64,000 nt of DNA from Escherichia phage UE-S1. Under the pieces are notes generated by a model that was not told where the DNA came from, made no database searches, and worked only from the letters and a program-made list of their open reading frames with translations. This document shows positions 1 to 8,917 of this stretch, one piece after another. The stretch is from the sequence record ON568341.1. The stretch is one strand, 5' to 3'. Numbering within the stretch: the first letter of the stretch is position 1; each line of letters starts with the position of its first letter. Made by a program: the position numbers and the translations under genes.

Positions 1-44
1 CATATCAGCAATTTGTTAATGATAACCCAAGTGATTTTCCTACA

Positions 45-803
45 TTGACGGGCGAACAAGACCACAGTGAACAACGTTTTGGTTCAGGTGAAAAGCCACA
101 ACAATCAACACAACCTGTTAAACAGCCTGTATTTGCAACCAAAGAATCAATCAATGAAGCAGACGAAGAAATTGAAGAATTTGAAAGTATTACAGTACCT
201 GATGGTTATAGAATGACTTCTTCTAAAGGAAAAACATACACTAAGAAAAACAACTTGTGGTATGATATTGACAGCAAAAAGCAACTTAACACTAGTGCTT
301 CTAAAAGTGTTGAAAGAGCAGCCCAACGTGATATTTTCCGTCATAACAACTCTGGTGCTATGAAAATTGGAACAAAAGTTAAATCCAAACAAGGTAAAGA
401 ATATTCTTATGTTGGTGGTGACCGATTCATTAGTGCTGATGGTAAATTTATTCCGAAAGCAACCGCAGCTAAATTACTTGCTAAGTACAATGACGAGAAA
501 GAAGATGTAAAACCAGATAATTCTAGTACTGATCAAATTCAATCAAAAGAAGAACCTAGGAAAGAACCAGAATCTGAACAAAAACCAGACGAAGTTTCTG
601 GTTCAGAAACTAAATCTGAAACAATTGCTGGTGATGACGTACAATCATTAGCTTCTAAAATCAAAGAGTCACCTTATGCTAAAAAAATCACAGTTCTTTT
701 AACTCGTGGTGATGAGGTTTCTCTACTTGCTGCTGATATTCTACTTTCAGGCAAAAAGGATGAAACAGTGCAAATTTTAAAATCATTAAATAATAATGAT
801 TGA
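45..803 (+). CDS. Hypothetical protein; track start at 45 is a TTG and the frame stays open back to position 3, so the gene may begin upstream of the window
   Basis: 252-codon ORF; no in-frame stop between position 3 and 45; Lys/Glu-rich C-terminal half; no motif recognised. Confidence 0.45.
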   Translation: MTGEQDHSEQRFGSGEKPQQSTQPVKQPVFATKESINEADEEIEEFESITVPDGYRMTSSKGKTYTKKNNLWYDIDSKKQLNTSASKSVERAAQRDIFRHNNSGAMKIGTKVKSKQGKEYSYVGGDRFISADGKFIPKATAAKLLAKYNDEKEDVKPDNSSTDQIQSKEEPRKEPESEQKPDEVSGSETKSETIAGDDVQSLASKIKESPYAKKITVLLTRGDEVSLLAADILLSGKKDETVQILKSLNNND

Positions 804-825
804 TAACTAAAAGGATTTATTTAAA

Positions 826-1806
826 ATGGCTAAAAAAATTAATGAAGCACAAGTTAAAATCGATATCGCAGGTTTAGAATCTGATGATTTGGAAACACTA
901 TCCCGTATGTTAGCTCTTGCTGGTCAAGCTGAACGTCAAGACCCTGTGGTTGCTGCTCCAGTATCATCTATTGGGTCTATGGCTCCATCTCTACCACCTA
1001 TTGCACCACTAGATCTTGATTCTATTAGTGCCGAAAAAGAAATTGGTGGAATTGAAACTTCAGTTGAAGATCCATTGGCAGCAGCAGTTGATGGTCTTTC
1101 CGCTGATGATGGTGATTTTGGTGCTGACACCGATGAAGTTGGTATTGATGCTGAATTTTCAGAACCAGGCGTAGAAGGTGAAGAAGATTTTTCTCTTGAC
1201 CTTAGTGGTCAACCTCAACTAGAATCAGTTGAAGAAGACGACGATGAGGAAGAAGAAATCATCGAAGAAGAATTCGATTTTAGTCGTATGCTATCTCTTG
1301 CTGGTATTAACGAAGAAGAAGACGACGATTTTTCCGTAGAGGGTAATACTGCTACTGATAGAGAAATGAAAGATACTCAATTTCTACCAGATCTAAGTAT
1401 CTCTGAAGATGAAGAACCATCTGACAGTACTGATTATGGTCCATATAATACTGAAGCTGATGCAGTTCGTGATGGTCAACTTAAGACTAATGGTGTTGAA
1501 GGTGATCATTTTGTTGTAATTGCGAAAGGGAACCAGTTTTATTGGAGACGTGTTGTAGATGAAGATGTTGACAATCGTCCAGAACCAGAGTATTATGACA
1601 ATGAAGGAAACGAAAATCGCGTTCATAAATTTGAACCAAAATCTCCAGGTACTGCATTAGGAGATAACCCACTCAATGTTAATGAAAGTGAAGAAGATGA
1701 TTCACCAGAAGGTAACACTGACTTGGAAGATGACTCTGATGAAGAAGTAGAAGATATTTTCGAAAGTCTCCAAGAAAAATATAAAAAATTTTTAGGAGAC
1801 AAATAA
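826..1806 (+). CDS. Highly acidic (Asp/Glu-rich) protein of unknown function
   Basis: 326-aa ORF with AAAAGGA-like ribosome-binding site; long runs such as EEDDDEEEEIIEEEFDF; internal repeat SRMLALAG / SRMLSLAG. Confidence 0.6.
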   Translation: MAKKINEAQVKIDIAGLESDDLETLSRMLALAGQAERQDPVVAAPVSSIGSMAPSLPPIAPLDLDSISAEKEIGGIETSVEDPLAAAVDGLSADDGDFGADTDEVGIDAEFSEPGVEGEEDFSLDLSGQPQLESVEEDDDEEEEIIEEEFDFSRMLSLAGINEEEDDDFSVEGNTATDREMKDTQFLPDLSISEDEEPSDSTDYGPYNTEADAVRDGQLKTNGVEGDHFVVIAKGNQFYWRRVVDEDVDNRPEPEYYDNEGNENRVHKFEPKSPGTALGDNPLNVNESEEDDSPEGNTDLEDDSDEEVEDIFESLQEKYKKFLGDK

Positions 1807-1807
1807 T

Positions 1808-2203
1808 ATGCAATATAATTATCGTGAACTAGTTGAAGCGTTGGACGAAATCACCGGACGAGATGAAGAAGGAAGTTTTTCCGTTGAAGTTGATTCCGAT
1901 GTTGTAGCAATTGATGTTCTTAAAGATATTACCAAATGTCTCGTTGATATTGTTGATAAGATTAAATCTGGTGAAGATCAAAAAGAAATCGTTGATAAAC
2001 TACAAAAAGCATGTGACATTTTGTCTGACATTCGATATAATGATGAAAGTACTGAAGTCGATGATGATGAAGTGATGGAAGCTATTGCTGGATGTTTTGG
2101 AACTGAAGGTATGGGTCCAACGATTGACAAAGATGGCGTACAGCACTATAATGAACCAGATGCACCATCTTATGCTGCACGCCAAGGTTATGTTGGAGAC
2201 TAA
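1808..2203 (+). CDS. Small acidic protein of unknown function
   Basis: 131-aa ORF starting 2 nt after the previous stop; AGGAGA ribosome-binding site; Asp/Glu-rich. Confidence 0.55.
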   Translation: MQYNYRELVEALDEITGRDEEGSFSVEVDSDVVAIDVLKDITKCLVDIVDKIKSGEDQKEIVDKLQKACDILSDIRYNDESTEVDDDEVMEAIAGCFGTEGMGPTIDKDGVQHYNEPDAPSYAARQGYVGD

Positions 2204-2208
2204 AATAT

Positions 2209-2589
2209 ATGTTTCCTGTACCATCACATAACAGTACTGAATATCAAAATGATGTACTTTCCAAAGTTAGGGAAGTACATGAATCAGATTCAGAAATAAC
2301 AGACCGTATGCTTCTGATGTCAATTTTTGAAAATTTCAGAACTGGCGGTGGTTTACGTCTTAGCAAGTTTGGGTATGGAATTTGTAAAGAAAATAATCTT
2401 TATGAATTTACAAAAATCCCCTTGCAAAGAGAATTTAAAAGTTCTATAATGTTTACATCACTTGACAGAATATGTACTTCACCTTATTATGTTGAAGGTC
2501 AGTACATATATCTGACAGATGCAATGATAATAACTGAATTAACATTGTGTTGTGATGATTTTAAACAATTATTTTCTATTCATATGTAA
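2209..2589 (+). CDS. Hypothetical protein
   Basis: 126-aa ORF tightly packed after the previous gene; GGAGA ribosome-binding site. Confidence 0.5.
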   Translation: MFPVPSHNSTEYQNDVLSKVREVHESDSEITDRMLLMSIFENFRTGGGLRLSKFGYGICKENNLYEFTKIPLQREFKSSIMFTSLDRICTSPYYVEGQYIYLTDAMIITELTLCCDDFKQLFSIHM

Positions 2590-2601
2590 GAAAAATAAAT
2601 G

Positions 2602-2629
2602 TTGACAAGATAGAATGATGTGATATAAT
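2602..2629 (+). promoter_or_regulatory. Sigma70-type promoter: TTGACA, 16-nt spacer, TGaTATAAT (extended -10)
   Basis: Exact -35 TTGACA at 2602-2607 and -10 TATAAT at 2624-2629 inside the motif GATGTGATATAAT. Confidence 0.6.
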
Positions 2630-2694
2630 AAGCATCAGACATAAAGTTTTCAAGCGGCACAAGATGTGAGTTTGAAAAAAATAAAAAAAAGTGA

Positions 2695-2722
2695 TTGACA
2701 AGTTGAAACGATGTGATATAAT
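2695..2722 (+). promoter_or_regulatory. Second tandem sigma70-type promoter: TTGACA, 16-nt spacer, TGaTATAAT
   Basis: TTGACA at 2695-2700, TATAAT at 2717-2722; same GATGTGATATAAT motif about 93 bp downstream of the first copy. Confidence 0.6.
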
Positions 2723-2892
2723 GTTCACATCAAGGCAGCAAAGAGATTTACCTTTTTAAACACACGGATGATTCATGAAGTAATAAAGGAACTGATAAGT
2801 TAAATTATTTTAACACAGTTCCTTTACTTTTGCCCACGGATTGGCTATAATAGAAACTTAAACGATTTTATCCAACAAAAGGAAATATATAC

Positions 2893-4218
2893 ATGACTAC
2901 TCAAAACGATATCCTGAATGTTAAACTGACTCCAAAGAAAGCTAAAGAAGCAATGGCACTAGCTGACATGATTCAAGATAGCCTGATGATTTGGGGTAGC
3001 CCAGGTATCGGTAAGTCTGCAATTGCTCGTCAATACGCTGATGAAAATTACCCTCTGCGTAAAGATAACGAAGCTAAAATCGAGTTCATGAAACAACAAA
3101 TTGAAGCTGACCCTGAAAATGCTGATCAGCTACGCCGTGAACTGGCTGCATTTGAAGCTAAACTAATCGACCAAGATACTAACTTCATCGATTTCCGTTT
3201 GTCTCAAATTGAACCAAGTGACCTCCGTGGTATCCCTGTACCAGAGAAGCTTTTCCGTAAAACTGACGGTTCTCTTCTCAAAGAATCTGAGCTTGCTGAA
3301 GCAAAAGATTATGTTGCTGAAACTGCTGTAGTTTGGGCTGCACCTAAAGTGCTGAAATTGCCAGAAGATTGGAAAGGGGTTATTCTGTTTGACGAAATTA
3401 ACTCTGCAATGCCAATTGTTCAGGCAGCGTCTTATCAGCTAATCCTCGACCGTTGTGTTGGTGAGATGAAGCTACCTAAAACTGCACTGATTCTTGCAGC
3501 AGGTAACCGTGAAACTGATGGCGGTGTAACGTTCTCACTGGCTACACCACTACGTGACCGTATGACACACATTGAGATGATTCCTTATCATCAAGATTGG
3601 ATTAACGATTATGCAATTGGTAAACGTTTGAACCCAGCAACTGTTGCGTTCATCAACAACACAGGTTCTAAGTACTTTAACACTCTTAGCCCACAAGATC
3701 CTTCTCACAGTGGTGGTACTTCTCCACGTTCATGGGAAGCTGTAGCACGCTACGAAGATCTCAAGAAAACTAAGACAATTGATAAAGAAGTGTTCCGTGC
3801 AATGATTGCTGGGCGTGTAGGTGAAGGTGTAGCAACTGAATACATTGAGTACGTTGATAACGTTGCTAAACTACCAGATACTATGTCTATTCTGTCTGGT
3901 GAAATCAAAGATATCGATGCAACTCTTGATATTTCTGCGAATTATTTTATTACTTTGAACTTGGTTTATAAAATTATCGACCTGTTCAATGAGAAGCAAG
4001 AACAACGTCTACCAGTGGAAGAATGGGGTAAACTGTGCAACAACTTCATTACCTTCCTTGACCATAACTTCTCTGCAACTCAAGCAGAACTGGCAGTTCT
4101 GGCAATTCGCACCATTACGCTTCATAAGGTTGCGATTTCCATTAAAGATGTACCAGCGTTTAAAGATTTTATCGCTAAGTACTCTGAACTAGTTCGTAAA
4201 GCACGCTCTCTTGGGTAA
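2893..4218 (+). CDS. MoxR-like (AAA_5 / CobS-like) AAA+ ATPase
   Basis: Walker A GSPGIGKS, Walker B ILFDEIN, later AAGNRE motif; AAGGAAA ribosome-binding site. Confidence 0.8.
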   Translation: MTTQNDILNVKLTPKKAKEAMALADMIQDSLMIWGSPGIGKSAIARQYADENYPLRKDNEAKIEFMKQQIEADPENADQLRRELAAFEAKLIDQDTNFIDFRLSQIEPSDLRGIPVPEKLFRKTDGSLLKESELAEAKDYVAETAVVWAAPKVLKLPEDWKGVILFDEINSAMPIVQAASYQLILDRCVGEMKLPKTALILAAGNRETDGGVTFSLATPLRDRMTHIEMIPYHQDWINDYAIGKRLNPATVAFINNTGSKYFNTLSPQDPSHSGGTSPRSWEAVARYEDLKKTKTIDKEVFRAMIAGRVGEGVATEYIEYVDNVAKLPDTMSILSGEIKDIDATLDISANYFITLNLVYKIIDLFNEKQEQRLPVEEWGKLCNNFITFLDHNFSATQAELAVLAIRTITLHKVAISIKDVPAFKDFIAKYSELVRKARSLG

Positions 4219-4238
4219 TTAACAAAGAGTGGTTGACA

Positions 4239-4268
4239 AGAAGGATACGATATAGTATCCTTCTTTTA
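4239..4268 (+). terminator. Intergenic stem-loop with U-tract between the ATPase and VWA genes (partial terminator or attenuator)
   Basis: AGAAGGATAC-gatata-GTATCCTTCT followed by TTTAT; a TTGACA lies just 5' but the -10 spacing is poor. Confidence 0.45.
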
Positions 4269-4292
4269 TCTTAACTAAACGAGGAAATATAC

Positions 4293-5717
4293 ATGTCGGA
4301 TAACAAATCTTCATCTAAGTTTAATGAAGTATCACCAGAACTCCAAAAGGAATGTCAAGATCGATTGGTTCTGGCTCGTACATCTTTGATGTTAACTGCT
4401 CCGTTCTTTGGTGTTTTGGCTTCGCGTTTACGTCCTGTTCCTAATAATACATGGTGTCGTACACTAGCAGTTGATGGGAAACATTTATTCTACAATGTAG
4501 AATTTGTTATGGGCATCCAAGATCAATCTAAAAAGAAAGAGTACGAAGATGCTATTCGTGAAAAACACCCAGAGGTTACTGATGAACAATTAAAAGAAAT
4601 GACAGAAGGTCTGACAGATGAAAACCTCATTGCAGTGATTTGTCATGAAATTTTGCATTGTGCTTACGACCACTTCCTTCGTCGTGGAATGCGTGATCCA
4701 CAACGATACAATCGTGCAGCAGATTATGCAATTAACCAAATTATTGTCCGTGAGAAAATTGGAAAAATCCAAAGCTCATGGTTATATGATAAAAAATATG
4801 AAGGAATGACCGCTGAAGAGATTTATATTCTTCTGGAAGATGAAGAACAAAAAGAAGAAGGTGAAGGGAACGGTCAACCACAAAGCGGTGGTGGTGAAGG
4901 TGAAGGTAAAAATCGCGGAACTTTTGGTGATATCAAAGATGGTAAGGGTAAACCAAAAGGTACAACAATTGACCAACATGACGTTCCACAAGAAGGCCAA
5001 GACGGTGGTTCAAGTGAACAGCAAAAACGCGATTATATGGATGATTTCAAAACAGCAATGATGAATGCTGCACGTGCTGGTGGCACACCAGCAGAAATCG
5101 CTCGTATGATTAATAACTTCAAAGAACCAAAGATTGATTGGCGTTCTAAACTTCAACGCACTCTTCGTAGCTGGTTGAAGTCTGATGCAACTTATCAAAA
5201 TCCAGCACGTCGTTCATGGGGTGCAGGTTTTGGTTCTAATGGTTCATTTTATGGTAATCCAATTTATCCAGGGATGAAACCAGATGATGATATTGATATT
5301 GCAATTGCACTCGATGCTTCTGGTTCTATTTCCGAAGACATGCTTCGTGATTTTATTAGTGAAGTTCTTGGTATCACTAAACAATTTAAACAGTTTAAAA
5401 TTCGTATCATGACATTTGATACTGAAGTTTATACTGTAAAAGATTACAAAACTGGTGAAGAACGTAAGATTCTGGAATATCCAGTAAAAGGTGGTGGTGG
5501 TACTGACTTTGAAGCAGTATGGGTTCATATGAAGAATGACAACTATAAGCCTAAACAGCTTGTAATGTTTACTGATGGTGAACCGTGGCAGTCATGGGGT
5601 GATCCTAACTACTGTAAAACACTGTTTGTGATTCACAGTAACCCAAATAAAGTTGCACCATTTGGTGAAACAGTACACTACGAGTATGAAGCAGACAAAA
5701 AACGTCAACGTAGTTAA
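4293..5717 (+). CDS. Protein with N-terminal HExxH metallopeptidase-like region and C-terminal von Willebrand factor A domain
   Basis: HEILH(C)AYDH motif; Gly/Glu-rich linker; MIDAS-like DASGS in IAIALDASGSISEDM; VMFTDGEPW. Confidence 0.75.
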   Translation: MSDNKSSSKFNEVSPELQKECQDRLVLARTSLMLTAPFFGVLASRLRPVPNNTWCRTLAVDGKHLFYNVEFVMGIQDQSKKKEYEDAIREKHPEVTDEQLKEMTEGLTDENLIAVICHEILHCAYDHFLRRGMRDPQRYNRAADYAINQIIVREKIGKIQSSWLYDKKYEGMTAEEIYILLEDEEQKEEGEGNGQPQSGGGEGEGKNRGTFGDIKDGKGKPKGTTIDQHDVPQEGQDGGSSEQQKRDYMDDFKTAMMNAARAGGTPAEIARMINNFKEPKIDWRSKLQRTLRSWLKSDATYQNPARRSWGAGFGSNGSFYGNPIYPGMKPDDDIDIAIALDASGSISEDMLRDFISEVLGITKQFKQFKIRIMTFDTEVYTVKDYKTGEERKILEYPVKGGGGTDFEAVWVHMKNDNYKPKQLVMFTDGEPWQSWGDPNYCKTLFVIHSNPNKVAPFGETVHYEYEADKKRQRS

Positions 5718-5729
5718 GTACTAAATAAT

Positions 5730-5759
5730 GAGAACGGAAATTTTCCGTTCTCTTCTTTT
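5730..5759 (+). terminator. Rho-independent terminator
   Basis: GAGAACGG-aaatttt-CCGTTCTC hairpin followed by a T-tract. Confidence 0.6.
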
Positions 5760-5765
5760 ATAAGT

Positions 5766-5793
5766 GAGACAACTCACAAAAATATGATATAAT
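5766..5793 (+). promoter_or_regulatory. Sigma70-like promoter: GAGACA, 16-nt spacer, TGaTATAAT
   Basis: GTGAGACAACT -35 element and extended -10 TGATATAAT upstream of the 5829-8883 gene block. Confidence 0.45.
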
Positions 5794-5828
5794 AGTTATT
5801 GTACCAATATACATGGAGAGTATTAAAA

Positions 5829-6074
5829 ATGGAACAAGAAAATAATCAAATTCAACTAACCCTTCTAGACCTAATCAATGCAGCAAAAATCATGGAAGCT
5901 GCTGTTGCCCGAAATACATTTAAAGTTGAAGAACTCGTGGATGTTTCCCCAGTTGTCGCCAAATTTGTTTCTTTTGCAAATGAAGCACTTGAAGATATTA
6001 AAGCTCAAGAAGACGCTGCTAAAGAAGAATCTGAATCACAAGATATTAAAGCTCAAGAAGATAAAGGAGAATAA
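5829..6074 (+). CDS. Small hypothetical protein (start moved to the ATG with a GGAGAG ribosome-binding site)
   Basis: ATG at 5829 preceded by GGAGAG; the track ORF starts at 5799 without a good ribosome-binding site. Confidence 0.5.
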   Translation: MEQENNQIQLTLLDLINAAKIMEAAVARNTFKVEELVDVSPVVAKFVSFANEALEDIKAQEDAAKEESESQDIKAQEDKGE

Positions 6075-6076
6075 TT

Positions 6077-6733
6077 ATGGCAGCTATTCGTCATGTTGGT
6101 GTAATGCGTAATACAGGTTCACGTGTTTTTGTTGTTTGGCGTTCACTACCAGATGATCCTGACCACTGCCTTATTGTTTATCGTGATTCCTTACCAGAAG
6201 CATATGTTCATGCAGTAACTGATATTGTGATGGGTCATGGTCAATCAAACATTGATTTGTGGGAAGTAATGCATAAAATTGGTTACCTGGATGGTCGTAA
6301 AATGCTAGATGTACTACACAATATGCAACATTTACGTCGAGTTCGCACTTGTGATATTGATATGCATACTGGTGGTAATAATAAAATTTCTCTTGATGTT
6401 CTAAACAAAGCATTAGATGAAAATCAAGCGAAAGTACAAGAAGATGGTAAAGTAAAAGACTTTAACCCATTTAACCCACAAGAAGTAGACACAAAAGTTG
6501 AAGAAGCAACTATTGTTGAACAACTTATTTCTGACGCTAAAAAATATGAAAAACTTGCTCAAGAACACTATGAACGTGCATACAATTTAGAGCCAAGTTT
6601 GCGTCCACAAACACAAGTTGTTGAACAACCAAAAGATAGTAAAACAATTTATCTAGAAATTCCTGAAGGTATTTCACAGACTAAAGCTATTGAGAAAGTA
6701 AAACAACTATTCGCAGAACGCAAAGCAAAATAA
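6077..6733 (+). CDS. Hypothetical protein
   Basis: 218-aa ORF with AAAGGAGA ribosome-binding site, immediately after the previous stop; no motif recognised. Confidence 0.55.
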   Translation: MAAIRHVGVMRNTGSRVFVVWRSLPDDPDHCLIVYRDSLPEAYVHAVTDIVMGHGQSNIDLWEVMHKIGYLDGRKMLDVLHNMQHLRRVRTCDIDMHTGGNNKISLDVLNKALDENQAKVQEDGKVKDFNPFNPQEVDTKVEEATIVEQLISDAKKYEKLAQEHYERAYNLEPSLRPQTQVVEQPKDSKTIYLEIPEGISQTKAIEKVKQLFAERKAK

Positions 6734-6736
6734 AAT

Positions 6737-7330
6737 ATGAAAAAGAATGAATTAGATGAAGCAATTAAAGGTTTATCTAATGTATGTTTTAGTGGCGGGG
6801 CAGCAGGTGCTGACCGCCTTTTTTCAATCTATGCAAAAAATAATGGATTTGAAGTTATTAATTTTTCATTCAAAGGTCATGTGCATAGTGTAGATGAAAG
6901 CACCATATTAGAAATACCATCCAATATTTTATCTGATATTTCTATATTAAATCAACTAAACATTGCATGTTATTCGTTGCAGCGAAAAGTACCAAAGCCT
7001 GGTTCATATGTTTACAACTTACTTGCAAGGAATAGTTATCAGATACTTAATACAGAAAGAATATATTGTATTGCAAATATTACATCGCCAACTAAGGTAA
7101 GTGGTGGTACTGCATGGGCAGTACAGATGTACATTGATTCAGTTGAAAATCCAGAAATTTATTGTTATGATATGAATTCACGTTCTGTGTTTTACTTCGA
7201 TACAGAACTGAAAGAGTTCAAACAATCATTCGTGGTTCCACCACCACATGGTAACTGGACTGGTATTGGTTCACGCAATGCAACAGAAAAACATATGGAA
7301 CATTTTATTACATTTTTCAAGGAAGAATAA
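6737..7330 (+). CDS. Rossmann-like protein with GGAxGxD motif (SLOG / LOG-DprA-like nucleotide-binding fold); function unknown
   Basis: N-terminal VCFSGGAAGADRLF resembles the glycine-rich loop of SLOG-family proteins; stop overlaps the thyA start (TAATG). Confidence 0.45.
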   Translation: MKKNELDEAIKGLSNVCFSGGAAGADRLFSIYAKNNGFEVINFSFKGHVHSVDESTILEIPSNILSDISILNQLNIACYSLQRKVPKPGSYVYNLLARNSYQILNTERIYCIANITSPTKVSGGTAWAVQMYIDSVENPEIYCYDMNSRSVFYFDTELKEFKQSFVVPPPHGNWTGIGSRNATEKHMEHFITFFKEE

Positions 7331-8883
7331 TGAAGCAACTACAAGAACTATATCAAAAAATTCTAGATGAAGGCGTAGAAAGCGTTGACCGTACTGGCGT
7401 TGGCACAATCAAACTTATCGGTCAACAAATGCGTTTCGACCTTAAAGATGGTTTCCCAGCAGTGACGACAAAACGTCTAGCTTGGAAATCAATGACTTCA
7501 GAATTACTATGGTTTATTGAAGGCTCCCATGATGAACGTCGCCTTTGTGAAATTTTACATGGAACTCGTGATACAGAAAAGAAAACTATTTGGACAGATA
7601 ATTGTTTAGATCGTGCAAAAAACGATCCCAATCGATTTAATGGGGAAACGGTCGGTAATATGTATGGCATGAATTGGCGTTATCAACCATCTGAACCACA
7701 TAGCTATCAATATATTGAGAGGAAAACATATATTGATGATTATGTTGAAAATCATATTTGTCCAGAAATTACTGATACATTTAATGGAGTTAAAATTCAC
7801 AAATCTGCCAAATGTGGGGATTATGAAGTTATTGGTAAACATCATAATAATATAGTAATTCGTTTCATTAACACCGGTTCATATAAAATTGTACCAAGAA
7901 CTGCGAAAAATATTAAAGATTTTTTCCAACCATCAATTGAAGGGATTGGATATTTGGGTGGTGTAATTCCTGATACATTAACTGCAAAAAAATTATATCA
8001 AATTTGGAAAGATATGATTATTAGAGTGTATAACCCTAGAAAAAATCATTTATCATATGAAAATATAACTGTATGCAAACGTTGGCATAATTTTATGAAT
8101 TTTTACAATGATGCTTTTTCATTATGGGGATTTCAAGAATTTGTTGACAGTGGGTATTCTCATCAACTTGATAAAGATTATTACGGTTCAAACATTTATT
8201 CACCTGATACTTGTATTTTTATATCAGCATCATTAAATAAAACATTAAATGGTGGTGGACATGGGTTTAAAATTTATCTTTATAAAGGTAATGTATTTTA
8301 TTCTAGAACCGATTTACAAGAATCACGTGGTTTAACAAGAAAGGCCAATTTACCAGATGATGTAACAATATTAGAAGATAATGAAACACACGTAGTAAGA
8401 CCAAAAATATACATTGATCAACTACAGCGTTGTATTGATTTAATAAAGAACGATCCAGATTCAAGACGAATTGTTATTACATCATGGAATTCTAGAGATA
8501 TTGAAAATGCAGCATTAGGTATGTGTCACCCATTAGTACAATGGTTTGTTATTAATGGTAAGTTGTCATGTTCATTTTATATGCGTAGTTCTGATAGCTT
8601 CTTAGGCTTACCATTCAACATAGCATCATATGCACTACTTACCCACATGATAGCACAAATATGTTCTCTAGAGGTTGGAGAATTGATTTATACAGGTGGT
8701 GATTGTCACATTTATAAAAACCACGTTGAACAAGTAAAAGAACAACTACAGCGAAAACCACGTGAATTACCTGAATTGTGGCTTGATCCTACCATTACTA
8801 ATATTGAAGATTTCACAATGGATTCTTTCAAATTAGTAAATTACAACCCAATGCCAACAATTAAAGCACCGATGGCTGTATAA
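7330..8883 (+). CDS. thyA: Thymidylate synthase (ThyA family) with a ~228-aa in-frame insertion
   Basis: N-terminal TS motifs (DRTGVGT, FPAVTTKR) and C-terminal TS core (NDPDSRRIVITSWN, catalytic CHPLVQWFV, LGLPFNIASYALL, GGDCHIY); 517 aa rather than ~265-285. Confidence 0.85.
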   Translation: MKQLQELYQKILDEGVESVDRTGVGTIKLIGQQMRFDLKDGFPAVTTKRLAWKSMTSELLWFIEGSHDERRLCEILHGTRDTEKKTIWTDNCLDRAKNDPNRFNGETVGNMYGMNWRYQPSEPHSYQYIERKTYIDDYVENHICPEITDTFNGVKIHKSAKCGDYEVIGKHHNNIVIRFINTGSYKIVPRTAKNIKDFFQPSIEGIGYLGGVIPDTLTAKKLYQIWKDMIIRVYNPRKNHLSYENITVCKRWHNFMNFYNDAFSLWGFQEFVDSGYSHQLDKDYYGSNIYSPDTCIFISASLNKTLNGGGHGFKIYLYKGNVFYSRTDLQESRGLTRKANLPDDVTILEDNETHVVRPKIYIDQLQRCIDLIKNDPDSRRIVITSWNSRDIENAALGMCHPLVQWFVINGKLSCSFYMRSSDSFLGLPFNIASYALLTHMIAQICSLEVGELIYTGGDCHIYKNHVEQVKEQLQRKPRELPELWLDPTITNIEDFTMDSFKLVNYNPMPTIKAPMAV

Positions 8884-8886
8884 ACG

Positions 8887-8917
8887 AAAAGGGAGAACAT
8901 CAGTTCTCCCTTTTTTA
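8887..8917. terminator. Bidirectional rho-independent terminator between convergent genes
   Basis: A-tract, GGGAGAAC-atcag-TTCTCCC hairpin, T-tract. Confidence 0.7.

Noticed and set aside
3989-4192. 67-aa ORF inside the MoxR-like gene, and similar short ORFs such as 147-392, 936-1130, 4840-5061, 5878-6111
   Set aside because: Embedded in longer, motif-supported genes in another frame or strand; likely frame artefacts
4233-4258. TTGACA plus TATAGT as a promoter between the MoxR and VWA genes
   Set aside because: Spacer of only 12-14 nt; the sequence instead forms a perfect 10-bp stem-loop followed by a T-tract, so it is annotated as an intergenic hairpin or attenuator
7720-8403. Intein or group I intron as the explanation for the thyA insertion
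   Set aside because: No canonical intein junction residues (N-terminal Cys/Ser block, His-Asn plus nucleophile at the C-junction); an intron is unlikely because ~690 nt remain in frame with no stop and the exons are joined in frame
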